This document shows, one piece after another, positions 25,693 through 36,539 of a stretch of DNA of 64,000 nucleotides; position 1 is the first letter of the stretch, and each line of letters starts with the position of its first letter. This DNA comes from Rhynchobatus australiae. Taxonomy: Eukaryota. The position numbers were made by a program, and so were the translations under genes. The notes under the pieces were generated by a model, which saw only the letters and a program-made list of their open reading frames with translations, searched no databases and had not been told where the DNA came from. The stretch covers positions 36,972,260 to 37,036,259 of the forward strand of contig JAUZTB010000033.1 of assembly GCA_034780895.1 (NCBI GenBank). The letters are read 5' to 3'.

Positions 25693-25989
25693 TTTGCACG
25701 CGTGTATCACTGCTTATTTGTCAGTTTTATAATTTACATATCTATCCCATTACATTTTTCTTGTGACAGTAATTCCTTTCTTCATCTTGTCTTTCACTTT
25801 CATTTCCTCGCAATATTAGCTTAAATACTGCCGTGTAGCACGTGGAATCTTCCTCACAACAGTGGGAACTCTCTAAGGGAGGACACTGAACTGAGATCTA
25901 TTTTGTTCAAATCAATGCTCCAAAAATCCGAATTTATCTGTCTCTTTCTCCTGAGGTTACCCCGTCCATTTATTTAATGCTCGATTCTA
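25693..25989 (+). repeat. Diverged local duplication, copy 2
   Basis: Same blocks in the same order as copy 1. Shorter, and retains CpGs. Confidence 0.8.
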
Positions 25990-26239
25990 TTATCTCCAAG
26001 CATTATGACATTGAAAACGATGATGCGACTGATAACCTTGTTCAGTTCTGCTCGTTAAGCCGACTTTAAATGAGACTTCCCTTGGGGAAGTCAATTCACT
26101 TTGTTCCTCCATCACTGCTTTTGATTCAAGTCACTACGTCCGGCACTTCCCTCCCCCTTCCCAAAACTTTTGCACTTGCCTCTGTGGCGTTCCTTATTCT
26201 GACGCCTGGGAGGGGGCGCGCAATTCGAGACGCTCGATA

Positions 26240-26350
26240 AACAAAAGGTGCTGAAAATCTGAAATAAAACAGAAAATACAGTACTGGAAATACTCAGCAG
26301 ACCACACAGCACCTGTGCAGAGAGAAACGGAGAGAACTGTTCGTCGGAGA
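26240..26350 (-). mobile_element. Penelope-type terminal repeat remnant
   Basis: gtgctgaaaatctgaaataaaacagaaaat...ctggaaatactcagcag...gcacctgtgcagagagaaac is the reverse complement of the family seen at 30432. Confidence 0.65.
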
Positions 26351-26720
26351 ACAGTTTTACTCGAAGCTGTCGGTTAGGACTACAAAAGCGCCAGCCTATT
26401 CCCAGAATGGTATCTTCTCATTTGCACAGTGAGTCTAAATCTGTCAGGCCAAGGCGGGCTAAACAAGACCATCACTTCCATGATGCATTTGGAAGTAGCT
26501 TCAATGGCACTCTATTTATTTGGAAAATCTCTCAACAGTTTTACGAACCGTTTATCTATTTATGGTACCAACTGCCTTAACCTCCAGTTACACAAACACC
26601 ATCACCTATTTCAGACAAACAAAAATACCTCAGCCTCGCCTGGGCTCCGGACTCGCGGAGCATCGAGGTTGACTCTATTTAGTTTGGCCAGGTTCCACGT
26701 AAGGGTTTTCCTGTTTTGGG

Positions 26721-26993
26721 ATTGGTTAAATTGGAGTCGGGATAGCCCAGCCTTGCTGGCATTGGCTAGGACCGGACCCCGTTGCAATTGGTCCGCGCCA
26801 GGTTTAGCTGAGGTTGGTTTTGACCGGATTGATGGGACGTGGTCTTGGAAGTGATAGGGTGACTGTTAGAATTTATTAGATTTACGCCGTTGATGTCAGG
26901 GGCGGTGGGTGTCACAGCGCCGTGATTGATTGGCTGGCTGGAATTTTGGGGGCTGTCTGCCTGTGATTGGGTAGGTCTGTTGGGAGGGCGGTG
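26721..26993 (+). promoter_or_regulatory. CD81: TATA-less CD81 proximal promoter: inverted CCAAT cluster, GC boxes, CRE-like site
   Basis: ATTGG at 26721, 26730, 26761, 26787, 26929 and 26966; GGGCGG near 26900 and 26986; TGATGTCA at 26891. Confidence 0.65.
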
Positions 26994-27085
26994 CGGCATT
27001 GAGAGGTTCTCCGTTGCTTCTGGCTAGTTAACCTTGTCCAGTTGCTGTTGGCGGAAGATTTGGCGTGTGAATACTTAACAGAACC

Positions 27086-27151
27086 ATGGGGGTGGAAGGT
27101 TGCATGAAGTGCATCAAATACCTGCTGTTCGTTTTCAATTTCCTTTTCTGG
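27086..27151 (+). CDS. CD81: CD81 coding exon 1
   Basis: Kozak accATGG. Encodes MGVEGCMKCIKYLLFVFNFLFW (20/22 identical to recalled human CD81). 66 nt, donor TGG|gtaagt. Confidence 0.97.
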
Positions 27152-29324
27152 GTAAGTGGCAGGTAACGGGATGGGAATATCCCGTGGGTGTGAGAGGGGG
27201 AGGGGGATTCTGTCGCTGGACTCGAGCGCGGAAATTGGGCGGAGCCCCCTCGCCGGACCCTGAGCTGCATTATTGCAGGCAGCTCGGCACCGGGGTCTCT
27301 CGATCGCCGCTTTCCCCTGCCCGGACAACTCGCCCCCTTTGTTTCGGCAGCTTTCGCTCGCCCCCGTGTGTGGGGTGACGATAACGCCCACTGTTTTTTC
27401 GTTCGCATTTGTTATTTTCCTCTCATTTTGTGGTGTGGTGTGGTGCGGTGGGTGTGTGTTTGATTTCGAAATGCTATCGTGTAACTTCACGTTTTCTCTT
27501 GCACTGTCTCGCCGGGTCTCTCGGTCTGGGGTGNNNNNNNGTGGGGGGAGGAGGTGGAAGAGAAGCTCCTACTGTAGGGATAGAGGGAGGGAGGGAGGGA
27601 GGGGGTGGGGAGAATGTTACAAATGCCGATGTGAAAATTAGGGGGAAAGAAGTACCAAAAATAAGGGACGAAAAATAAAGAAAATTAGTTGTTTGGAAGA
27701 ACCAGAGAGCAGCAAGGGAAAGAGCAGGATCTCTTTTAGATCAAAAAGATAAGTTGTTTGTCGTGGAGGGAGACATGGGTGCGGCTCTTCGAATATTTTG
27801 TGTTTGTCTTTACAAAACGCAGAAAATCATGCAGATTAAAGGAGCAAACATTGGATGTGGTAAACCTAAACAGCCCAGAGGGTGGGTGTCTCCGAAAATC
27901 ATGTGTCAGGTATGAAAGGAATATATCCCAGGTTGATAAGAAAACCGTGGGAGAAAATAGAAGCTCTGACCATCACTTTCCAATCTTGGCCGAATAGTTA
28001 TAGTCCTGGAGGACTATTTTTAAATAGCTGGTCAATCGGTTTAGTTTGTGGGCAAATTATTGAAAAAAAATTCTGATTCACTGTGGTTATCATTTAGAAG
28101 GATGCAAATATTTAAAGAAAATAAACATGAATTTAAGGGAATGTTGTTGCTGGCCGTAATTTTTTTCAGAGATAGCTAAAAGGCTGATCAGTGACAGCAA
28201 GTTTGATATATTTGGGTAAGGGTTGCGACAAAGGCGCACGTGACAGACTAGTAGTGAAAGAAAAATCCCCAGGGATCCGAGAGGAAGTTGGTTCTAAAGT
28301 TGTCCTGGTGCCAGGAAATTAAGTGTTTCGTTGGTAAAGGGTGTTTTAATCACTGCAAGAGAGTCAGAATTGGGGATGTTTACTGACTGCATAATGTTCA
28401 CCTCCATTTGTAACACCAGCAATTGAAGTAGTTTTGGATCCTCTTATTATTCCTCTCCTCTTTGGCCATCAACCAACCTCTTTCTTGGCCACTGTTACTA
28501 AACCATTGCTAGCCTTGGTCCTGCCCTGGGTTGGAATATTCACACAGGCAACTCCACTGGGGAAGAAAGTTGCAGTGAATAATTCAGGGTAATGTGGCTG
28601 ATTGTAGTGCCTCATCTTCCCTGATCACGGGTTAATTTTTCATAACTGGAAAGACAGTTGCCACAGAAGGGATCATCCTGTATTCATCAAGTATTCGTTT
28701 GAACATGGCTCACCTTTAGTGGTATGGGTTCACATGCAATAGTGTTTTCAGTGCTGTTGAACATTCCTGAATATTTCATACACCTGAAATCAGATTTGGC
28801 TGAGTTCCAAGTGACAGCTTTGTGAGAAGGGTGGAGGACAAGTTCAGTGTTACTCTTTTCCTCTTCCAGTTGCTTATCCAGGAAGGGAAAAGATGAATGG
28901 TGTATTTATTTAGGGCACAGTGCATCCTTTAGTCTGTGCTCTGCCTAACCAGATTCTAGTTTTCTAAGCAAGTTTTTAATATAAACACCACAAGCTCTGA
29001 TTCTTTGAGTAATTTCCGGTAAACCAAACACTTCTGACTAGGGTGCTAAATATAATCTTCCTCTCTCAGCAGTAAACGAAACGTACAGATTTATGCCAAA
29101 ATCTGCCTTTGGACTAGGTGCCTCTCACGCTGGAGAAGGCAGGTTGTGGAAATTTGTTTCATTTCCCTCATTTCCTTAACTGTTTGGCAATATGTTAATA
29201 CATATTGAGTCCATAACTTGTTGCACACAGAGTAAAGAGATTTTGTGATTATGCAACACTTCCCAGAGACTTAACTGGATCAACTCTATCAACCCAATTA
29301 TTTCCCCCTCAACTGTTAGAAAAA

Positions 29325-29590
29325 TTGATAAGATATCTTTATAGTCACATGTACATCGAAACAGTGAAATGTCTTTGTGCAGTGTGTTCAGGGCACAGCC
29401 CACAAGTGTTGCCACGCTTCTGCCGCCAACATAACATGCCCACAACATCCTAACCCGTATGTCTTTGGAATGTGGCAGGAAACCCATGCAGTCGCGGGGA
29501 GAATGTACAAACTCCTTGCAGACAGAAATTGAACCTGGGTTGCTGGTGTTGTAATAACGTTACGCTAACTGCAACATTACCATCCCTGCC
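29325..29590 (-). mobile_element. tRNA-headed V-SINE (same family as 10026-10305)
   Basis: Near-colinear similarity to 10026-10305. The 9-mer ccctcaact lies on both sides (29306, 29589), a possible target-site duplication. Confidence 0.9.
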
Positions 29591-29769
29591 CTCAACTACT
29601 GTGCCTGAGAATGTCAAGGTCTGTTTGTTATTGTGGGAATCCTGGGAAGGATTGAGTTCTCTCTAATAGATGGGTTTGGGAATTGTGTGGTTGCTTCCCT
29701 TGAATAATTCCATGAAATAATTCAAACTTTACACATGTACGTCTGTGACTTTGTTCAAACAGAGACACG

Positions 29770-30290
29770 TGAATTCAGAGCGGGCATACGTCACTCAATC
29801 CCCTGAACCTGTCCTGCCATTTAATGAGATCTTGACTCATCTGATTGAAACTTCAACTCTACACTTCTTTCTACCCCTTTGCTTATAAAGATTCTATCTT
29901 CCTCTGTATTTAAACCGAAGACTTGGCTTCCACCATCCTTCGAGGAACAAAGTTCCAAAGGCTTGTGTCCTCTAAAACATTTCACCTCATGTATCTTAAA
30001 TGGGCAACTCCCTATTTTTAAGCAGACCTTTAATTCTTTTCCCCACAAGGGGAAACATGCTCTTCTTGCCCACCTGATCAGGACCCCTCAGGATTTGCTT
30101 CAATCAAGTTCTTGCTCTTCTAAATGCATAAATTACATCTTTCTTCATAAATTAGCCCACCCATTCCAGTTACTAGTGGTGTAGTTATCCTCTGAACTGC
30201 TTCAAGCACATTAACATCCATCCTTAAATAAGAAAAAATGGTATTCCAGATGTGGTTTCATCCAGGATCTATATAAACAAGGTATAACCT
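29770..30290 (-). mobile_element. CR1 LINE 3' fragment
   Basis: cctgtcctgccatttaatgagatc tail and minus-strand PHLEY motif near 30240-30255. Confidence 0.7.
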
Positions 30291-30429
30291 ACCTGCTTAT
30301 TGTGTTGTTATTTTTCTATTTTCATATATACCACCCCCACCACTCAAGGCACCAAAACCTTGAAGGCTTATGTGGATGTTACTTCATTATGGATGTGAAC
30401 AGAGGCTGAAACTATTCCTGCATCAGATT

Positions 30430-30517
30430 TTCAGATGAAGGGTCTTGACCTGAAACATCAACTGTTTATTCGTCTCCATAGATGCTGTCTGACCTGCTGA
30501 GTTCCTTCAGCATTCTG
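30430..30517 (+). mobile_element. Penelope-type terminal repeat with decayed hammerhead core
   Basis: cagatgaagggtcttgacctgaaacatcaactg...atagatgctgtctgacctgctgagttccttcagcatt. Confidence 0.75.
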
Positions 30518-31269
30518 AGGCTCCCTTTTAGTTTCTAAACAAAAAACAGTCCAGCCCTTGCTCTGACTGCAGTCAACTAACAGCACAGGGCAGAGATCAA
30601 ATCTGGACTTCTCTTACTGTTTGATTTGTGCATTCACTTCATTAACTGAACCAATCCTGTTCTTGAAATTGGATGGGTGTAGATGGAGGGAGTTTGTGGA
30701 AAAGCTTTCAAAAGTCAATGTTTTTTATGTCTATGGAAGTTGCTTCACTCTACATTGCAGCACCTTCCTGTGACCGGTTTTGTGGAAAATAACTGTTTAC
30801 NNNNNNNNNNCTCTGAGGACAGTGGATTAGACACATTTTACATCTTTTAGAGTAATCGCGCTTTCCAGGGATTCCTTTTCATTCTCTGAGGTAGAGTAAC
30901 TGCACAAATCATATAAGGGGTCATGCCCCAGAGGACTCTCATTCACTCTCCCACCACCCCATATTCCCTCAGTATCTTCACATCTGCATCCCTGATCCCT
31001 TTAGAAATATGCTATCACTTTCAGGACCTTTGGTATTTTATGTCCATCCAGCTCTATTCAGACTTTAAAGAACAACTGCTTTGCATTCTAAAACTAGAAA
31101 TGTTGAATAAACCGCATTTAAGTCACATATCCAAGCTTGATGAATAACTGCATCTGTTATTGAGATGGTAGCTTTGAGAAGGCTGACTCAGTTTGTGGTC
31201 AATCATAGATTTAATTCTCATCTGGGAATGATGTTTAAATCTGCTGGTCTCCAGCCATCATTATGTACA

Positions 31270-31620
31270 AAAGTGTTAAGATGCTTTATGAGGTTAATGT
31301 GGAGTTGATGTTCCCCTGCCTAGAACCAGGGTCACAGTCTCCAAAATAATGGGTTGGACATATAGGGCATGGGTGAGAAGAAATTTTGTCTCTCAGAAAA
31401 TAGTGGATATTTGCAATTCATTATCCAGTGAGCTATGGAGGCGTAGTCATAAAGTACGTACATCAAAGATGAAGAGCAATTAGCCCTTCATATTAAGGGA
31501 ATGTGTTTGGTGCAGGAAAGTAGTGCTGAGGTAGAAGGTCAGCCATGAAATTAGGGACTGGCAGAACTGACAGAAGGGGACAATTGACTTGCTCTTTCTT
31601 TAATATTCTTCTGTTCTAGT
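31270..31620 (+). mobile_element. CR1 3' fragment
   Basis: tagaaccagggtcacagtctc...gagaagaaattttgtctctcagaa and CR1-like tail. Confidence 0.7.
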
Positions 31621-32069
31621 ACTTATAAATGTTTTGCAGTCTGACTCCTTTCCCTTTGGGACTGGTAAATCTGAAATGTATTTTAGCCCAGCCAGATCTT
31701 TTTAAGCTAGGTGAAGAGTTGTGTCTCATAGTGCACATTAAAGGGTAAATCAAAAAGTAGAAGTCTGTCGCCAAACTTAAATTTTAATAGCCTTTCAATT
31801 AAGAGGAAAAGAAATGTAATCAGCCCTTAATTTTAAAAGGGAACAGGAGCAGACAGTAGGCACAGGAGAGAGCATATGATGTACCAGCTGCATCTTTAGG
31901 TGTTCACAAATGAAGCTCCAAAGGAGTAGTGGTTAGAGTCTGTCCTAGTATTTTGGAGGGTGGTATGGCAAATTGCTGTGGAAAAAGAGACCTGAAATCT
32001 TCTCCTCCAGAATTATTAGAGGTGTATTGGGGAAAGTACCAGGGCTTAATGTCTGTTTTGTCACTTCAG

Positions 32070-32184
32070 CTTGCAGGAGGAGTGGTTCTCGGTGTGGCTC
32101 TCTGGCTCAGACATGATCCTCAAACAACTCAAGTGCTAGATACACATTTCGAAGATAAGTCTGCCCCAAACACCTTCTTCATAG
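32070..32184 (+). CDS. CD81: CD81 coding exon 2 (TM1 end, small extracellular loop)
   Basis: gtcacttcag|CTT...ATA G|gtaaga; 115 nt, phase 0/1. Encodes LAGGVVLGVALWLRHDPQTTQVLDTHFEDKSAPNTFFI(G), colinear with recalled human CD81 residues 23-61. Confidence 0.97.
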
Positions 32185-32499
32185 GTAAGAATTGAAATCT
32201 GTAGTTCAATAATACAGAAATAGAAACCACTGAATAAGAACAGAGTTGGAGTTGACTACAAACGCAGTCTAAATAAATCTCCTGTTAACTAAATGAACTA
32301 CTAGAAGTTTTAGTCTAAGCAGTTTCTGTTAGAAGTTGGCAGTATTTTGAGAAATGTATTATGTGATACTGACCCATGGTATTAAGGAAGGATCCAAAAG
32401 CCACTGGATTTAGTTGAGAAAATCTAGCCTCTGTTTGCTTGCTCTTGAATATCTCTTCCTACCCATCCGACTAAGGGTGGGCCATTTGGCCTGTGATGG

Positions 32500-32740
32500 G
32501 AAGCGTCTTCACACACAGGTGGTGAGTCTTTGAAATTCTCTGCCTCAGAAAACTATGGAGGCTCAGTCACTGGATTCATTCAAAATGGAGATTGGCAGAT
32601 TTATGGGTATTATGCAAATCAAGAGAGATGGGGGGGAGGGGAAGTACAGGAAGATGGCATTGAAAAGGATCAGCTGTGATCTTGGTGAATGATATAGCAG
32701 GTTTGAAGAGCCAACTGGCCTATTCCTGTTCCTGCTTCTC
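32500..32740 (+). mobile_element. CR1 3' fragment
   Basis: ggtggtgagtctttgaaattctctgcctcag...ttcaaaatggagattggcagatt...ggcctattcctgttcct. Confidence 0.7.
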
Positions 32741-33379
32741 GTGTAAACCCTGCAGATGATTTGCTGTGTGCCTGTTAATATTGAAATTGACTATGAGGAA
32801 GGTAAAAATAAAGGAATTTCACAGTAAGCGTCAGCCAGATTTTCACAAGGAACAGGTACTGCATTGAAGGATTAGAGGGGCTGCATGTACAGATGTGACA
32901 ATGTTCTTGCATGATCAATGCTTTCAGAAAGATTTGCTTGATGAAGCCAGCGGCTTGATGAAATTCTTTGCCTGAAATGTGAGGTTACAATTCTGTCAAA
33001 GTTTTGTATTTTCTTCAAAACACAAATAACTATGTATTACATCAGTAGACCTTTAATTAGTAGTGTTTACATTTTATGTTGCCCTTTCCAACCCCCTCAG
33101 TTTTTGTCAAATATGCAAATAAATCTAATGTTTGTGAACTGAGTCATCAAATGGTCAGGCGATAACTTAGTTGTGGATGATGGTTGCAGAGGTGCTGTTT
33201 TGTGGAGATGGGAATGCACTGCCTTGGTGATTGGTGGATGTATTGTCCAAAATTCACCTTGCAGTCAAATACAGCACCAAGGTTGTGAACTGTTGGTTTA
33301 GTTTCAAAAGCTGTTAAGGAAAGAGATGGCATTGATGTAGGGGAGTGACTACTGGTTTCAGTGCTTCTGGTGCTGTGAG

Positions 33380-33660
33380 TCATAGAGCATGGAAACTTAT
33401 CCTTTCGCCCACCGAGGCTGTACTAACCATTGAGCACCAATTATACTGATCCCATATTGTTCCCATACAGTCCCATCGACTTTCTTTTTCTCTCTCTGCT
33501 CCCCCCTCCCCAATTTTACCACACATTTACCCACCAGGGGCAATTTACAGCGACCAATTAACCTACCAACCTGACTGCCTTTTGAGGTGTGGATGGAAAC
33601 TGGGGTGCCTGGAGGAAACGCACACTGTCACGGAAAGACAATGAAAACTGATATCCAGAG
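33380..33660 (-). mobile_element. V-SINE remnant inserted in old L2 sequence
   Basis: ggggcaatttacagcgaccaattaacctaccaacc...tgtggatggaaactggggtgcctggaggaaacgcacac. Confidence 0.75.
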
Positions 33661-36539
33661 CTGTGAATGGAGAGGTGGGAACAGATGTTAGGGCTGACCG
33701 ACAATGTTCATGATGTACTTTTGTTCGGGGAAGCAGCATATAGAAAAGTGGGAACTGAGTAACTCAGTTGGAGGACATCATAATACAAGTAAGGGATGTG
33801 AAGTCATTGACGGTATTTATGGTTGTAACTGGGTGGACAAAGTATCCAGGCAGTGTGGTCCCAGCATTTGGACAGCTGTGTTGGAATGGTGGTGAATAAT
33901 TTGTTTCAATAACAGGTTGAGACATTGCATGTTATTTTGGTACAATGGCATGACAAACCTGAATGGAGGGGTTAGAATAAGTTGTCCTGATAAAGATGGA
34001 GCCCACATTTGGGAAACTGCAAGGTTTTCAAGGAGGGGGGACTTAGACTATTGCATATTCAACAAGGATGGAGGTTTATCTTTAAAAGAATAGTGGTGAT
34101 GGTTTCAGATTTGGAAGAGGTAGTTTCTTGTGATAAGGAGAAATATTAACAGTAATTGCCAATGCGTAGACCTTGAGTCTGTAGTTAGTGGTTTAGTCCA
34201 AATAAAACCAAAGGTATACAAGTGAGGTTTCATGGACGATGTTAGCTGAGATGGCTAGTAAATCAGATAAGGACAAGGTTTAGGCCTGAGTGGGTAGGGG
34301 AGGTGGGGGTGAAGTGTGAACTTTATGTTTGGCTTGGTGGGCCTGAGGATGGGGACAAGTGAAGCTGATTGACTGATCTCCATCTCAGTAAATCCATGAT
34401 CCCCTGATACTTGTTGCTTAAAGATTGATGAGAGAGTGTTTAAATAAAAATTGCAGCAGAGTAAAGACCAGAGATTATCTTTACATTCCAGAAATTAAGG
34501 GGTTTTGGCAAATATTTGCATCGTCCATATTCCTTTTCGCTGGAGAGGAGGGCAGTGTTAGAGGTAGTGATCTGGTTTAGATGGCATGGGGCCTAGGATG
34601 CAGGCAAGGAAACCAGTAGGAGTATTTGTAGCGATGTGTAGTTGGATCATGGCTGGGATGGTTGCAAAACAAAGTCTAATAATGCACAATTGTTCATTTC
34701 CATTTTGGGCCAATACCTTCTGACTTGGTCTGGAGATAATTACACACCTGCCCTGTATCAGCACATGAAATGGTCAGAATCTGCTTTTGATTCTATTCAG
34801 AAATACTTTGTCTGTGGTGTGGTGTTGGTGTTCCTGATTGATATGTTGAGTAGAAACCAGTTACCTCAATTTTCTAAATATGCTTGCATTAGCATTTTTA
34901 CATTTGAATTATTTAGCCTGGCTATAGGGAGGACCCACTGTTTGTGAAATCGTATAAAATTTGAGCATAATAACATTGTTAAATAATATACATCTTCTGT
35001 CTATTCTGTGTTTCCTTTCCTATTACATAATGGGTGTTTGAGTTGCTCAGCATTTGAGGTTGATTTTAGTACTGAGTTCAGTCTTGACTGGAACTTGCAT
35101 CCCTTTGCATTGTCAGTGATTGCAAATGCTAAAACTGTATTTGGCGTTTTTCCATCAGACATATTTCATGGGTCACCAGAGACATCACAGGCATCAGCCC
35201 AAATGGGTTTGGACAGATGTGTGGAGAAAATCGCTTTGTTCAGTTAACCCAGTACATCTGTCTTCTGCCATGCTTGCTAAAGTTGGGGGGCTTGTGTTGA
35301 ATGGTCCCATGTTTTCTATTACACTTTCACTATTACAGCACAAAATGCAAGTAAGTGCTTCCTCTGCAGTTTTGGTGTCAGATCATTCTCAGGTAGCCTG
35401 CCTGTATGATCTCAAAAATTATGCCTTCTGTAGCAGCTGGTCCTCTCAAATCTATAGACTCATGGGTTATGGTCATTTCACGAGTCTACCTGAATTAAAT
35501 AAGATCATTTATGCAAGCATGATTATATCTGCTTAAAACTGACAGCTAATCCTGTGTTTTGTGCACCCTTAAATATGTTTTGTGATATTTTATTTGGAGT
35601 TGTTCCATCTTCTTCAAAAGCTGAATTACCAATGAGGGGAGACTATTTAGAAGAGCCATATAAATCGCTGGCTAGAAAATAAACTTAGGAAGACTAGGTT
35701 AAATTATTGTTTGCTGGATGCTATGAATTTCATTGTTAGCTATTAAGTGGTCCTGAATCTCTGTCTAAAATGGTGAAAATACTGAGGGTCACTAATGAAC
35801 ATGTACTGCTGATACTTTGACTCTGGTCTGTCTTGAGGTGCTATGATGTTTAATGTATGCAGTGCTCAACTAATACCTCTTCTGACTTTTTAAAAATCTG
35901 GGCTGGTCTTGCAAGGACTGAAAGTGTCACATGGTTTTAGCACATGTCCAGCAGGTATTGTACACAGATGTGCCGTGTACACTAGTGTGCCAGCTTATTA
36001 GTAGACAATTTGCTTATCAGCAAATTAGTAGACAATTTTGGCCATTGTCTACTAATGTATAAAATAGCTTGAGCCCCAGTATAGATACTGCCTGAATGAA
36101 AAATGGTGTTTAATATTTTGCCACTATCTTTAAAATTTGGTCTCTCGAATTCTAAATAATGCTCACCTGTTTAACGATACTATTAGTGTTCATACTTGTA
36201 AAGAGGCCCTTGTTCTTTAATGTTATCTATGTGAATACTGAATGAAAGTGCAGTCTACATGGAAACTTTAATGAGCAGATAACGCCCTCAGAAATGGAAG
36301 GGATGGGGTTTTGATTCTTAAACTTTGTTTGCATTATCAAAAGTTTACTTTCATTGTTAAAATACTCTTCCCATTGATAGGTTTGCATCATTATTTGGAT
36401 CAAAATTATATAGAAGATTATTACCTGACCCTGGCTTGCTTTCAGTGGTAGCATATCTGTCTCTGACAACTTTCAGTAGTCCACAAATAGCAGTTAAGGT
36501 CAGTCCTCTAAGTGCTATTGTTGTAGGGTAATGGGTGCA

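Larger units (their letters stand above)
25620..27800. promoter_or_regulatory. CD81: CpG island spanning the CD81 promoter and exon 1
   Basis: Visibly dense CpG and GC content against a CpG-depleted background, centred on the CD81 start codon. Obs/exp ratio not computed. Confidence 0.85.

Noticed and set aside
26429-27678. Cluster of long overlapping ORFs on both strands (up to 192 aa)
   Set aside because: Expected stop-codon scarcity in a GC-rich CpG island. The real coding part is the 66-nt CD81 exon 1.
31929-32195. 88-aa ORF as a standalone gene
   Set aside because: Only 32070-32184 is CD81-like and bounded by splice sites. The rest is intron read-through.
32937-32980. ttgatgaagccagcggcttgatgaaattc...ctgaaatgt, hammerhead-like
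   Set aside because: Lacks CUGANGA, a correctly placed GAAA and a stem I. At most a decayed remnant.
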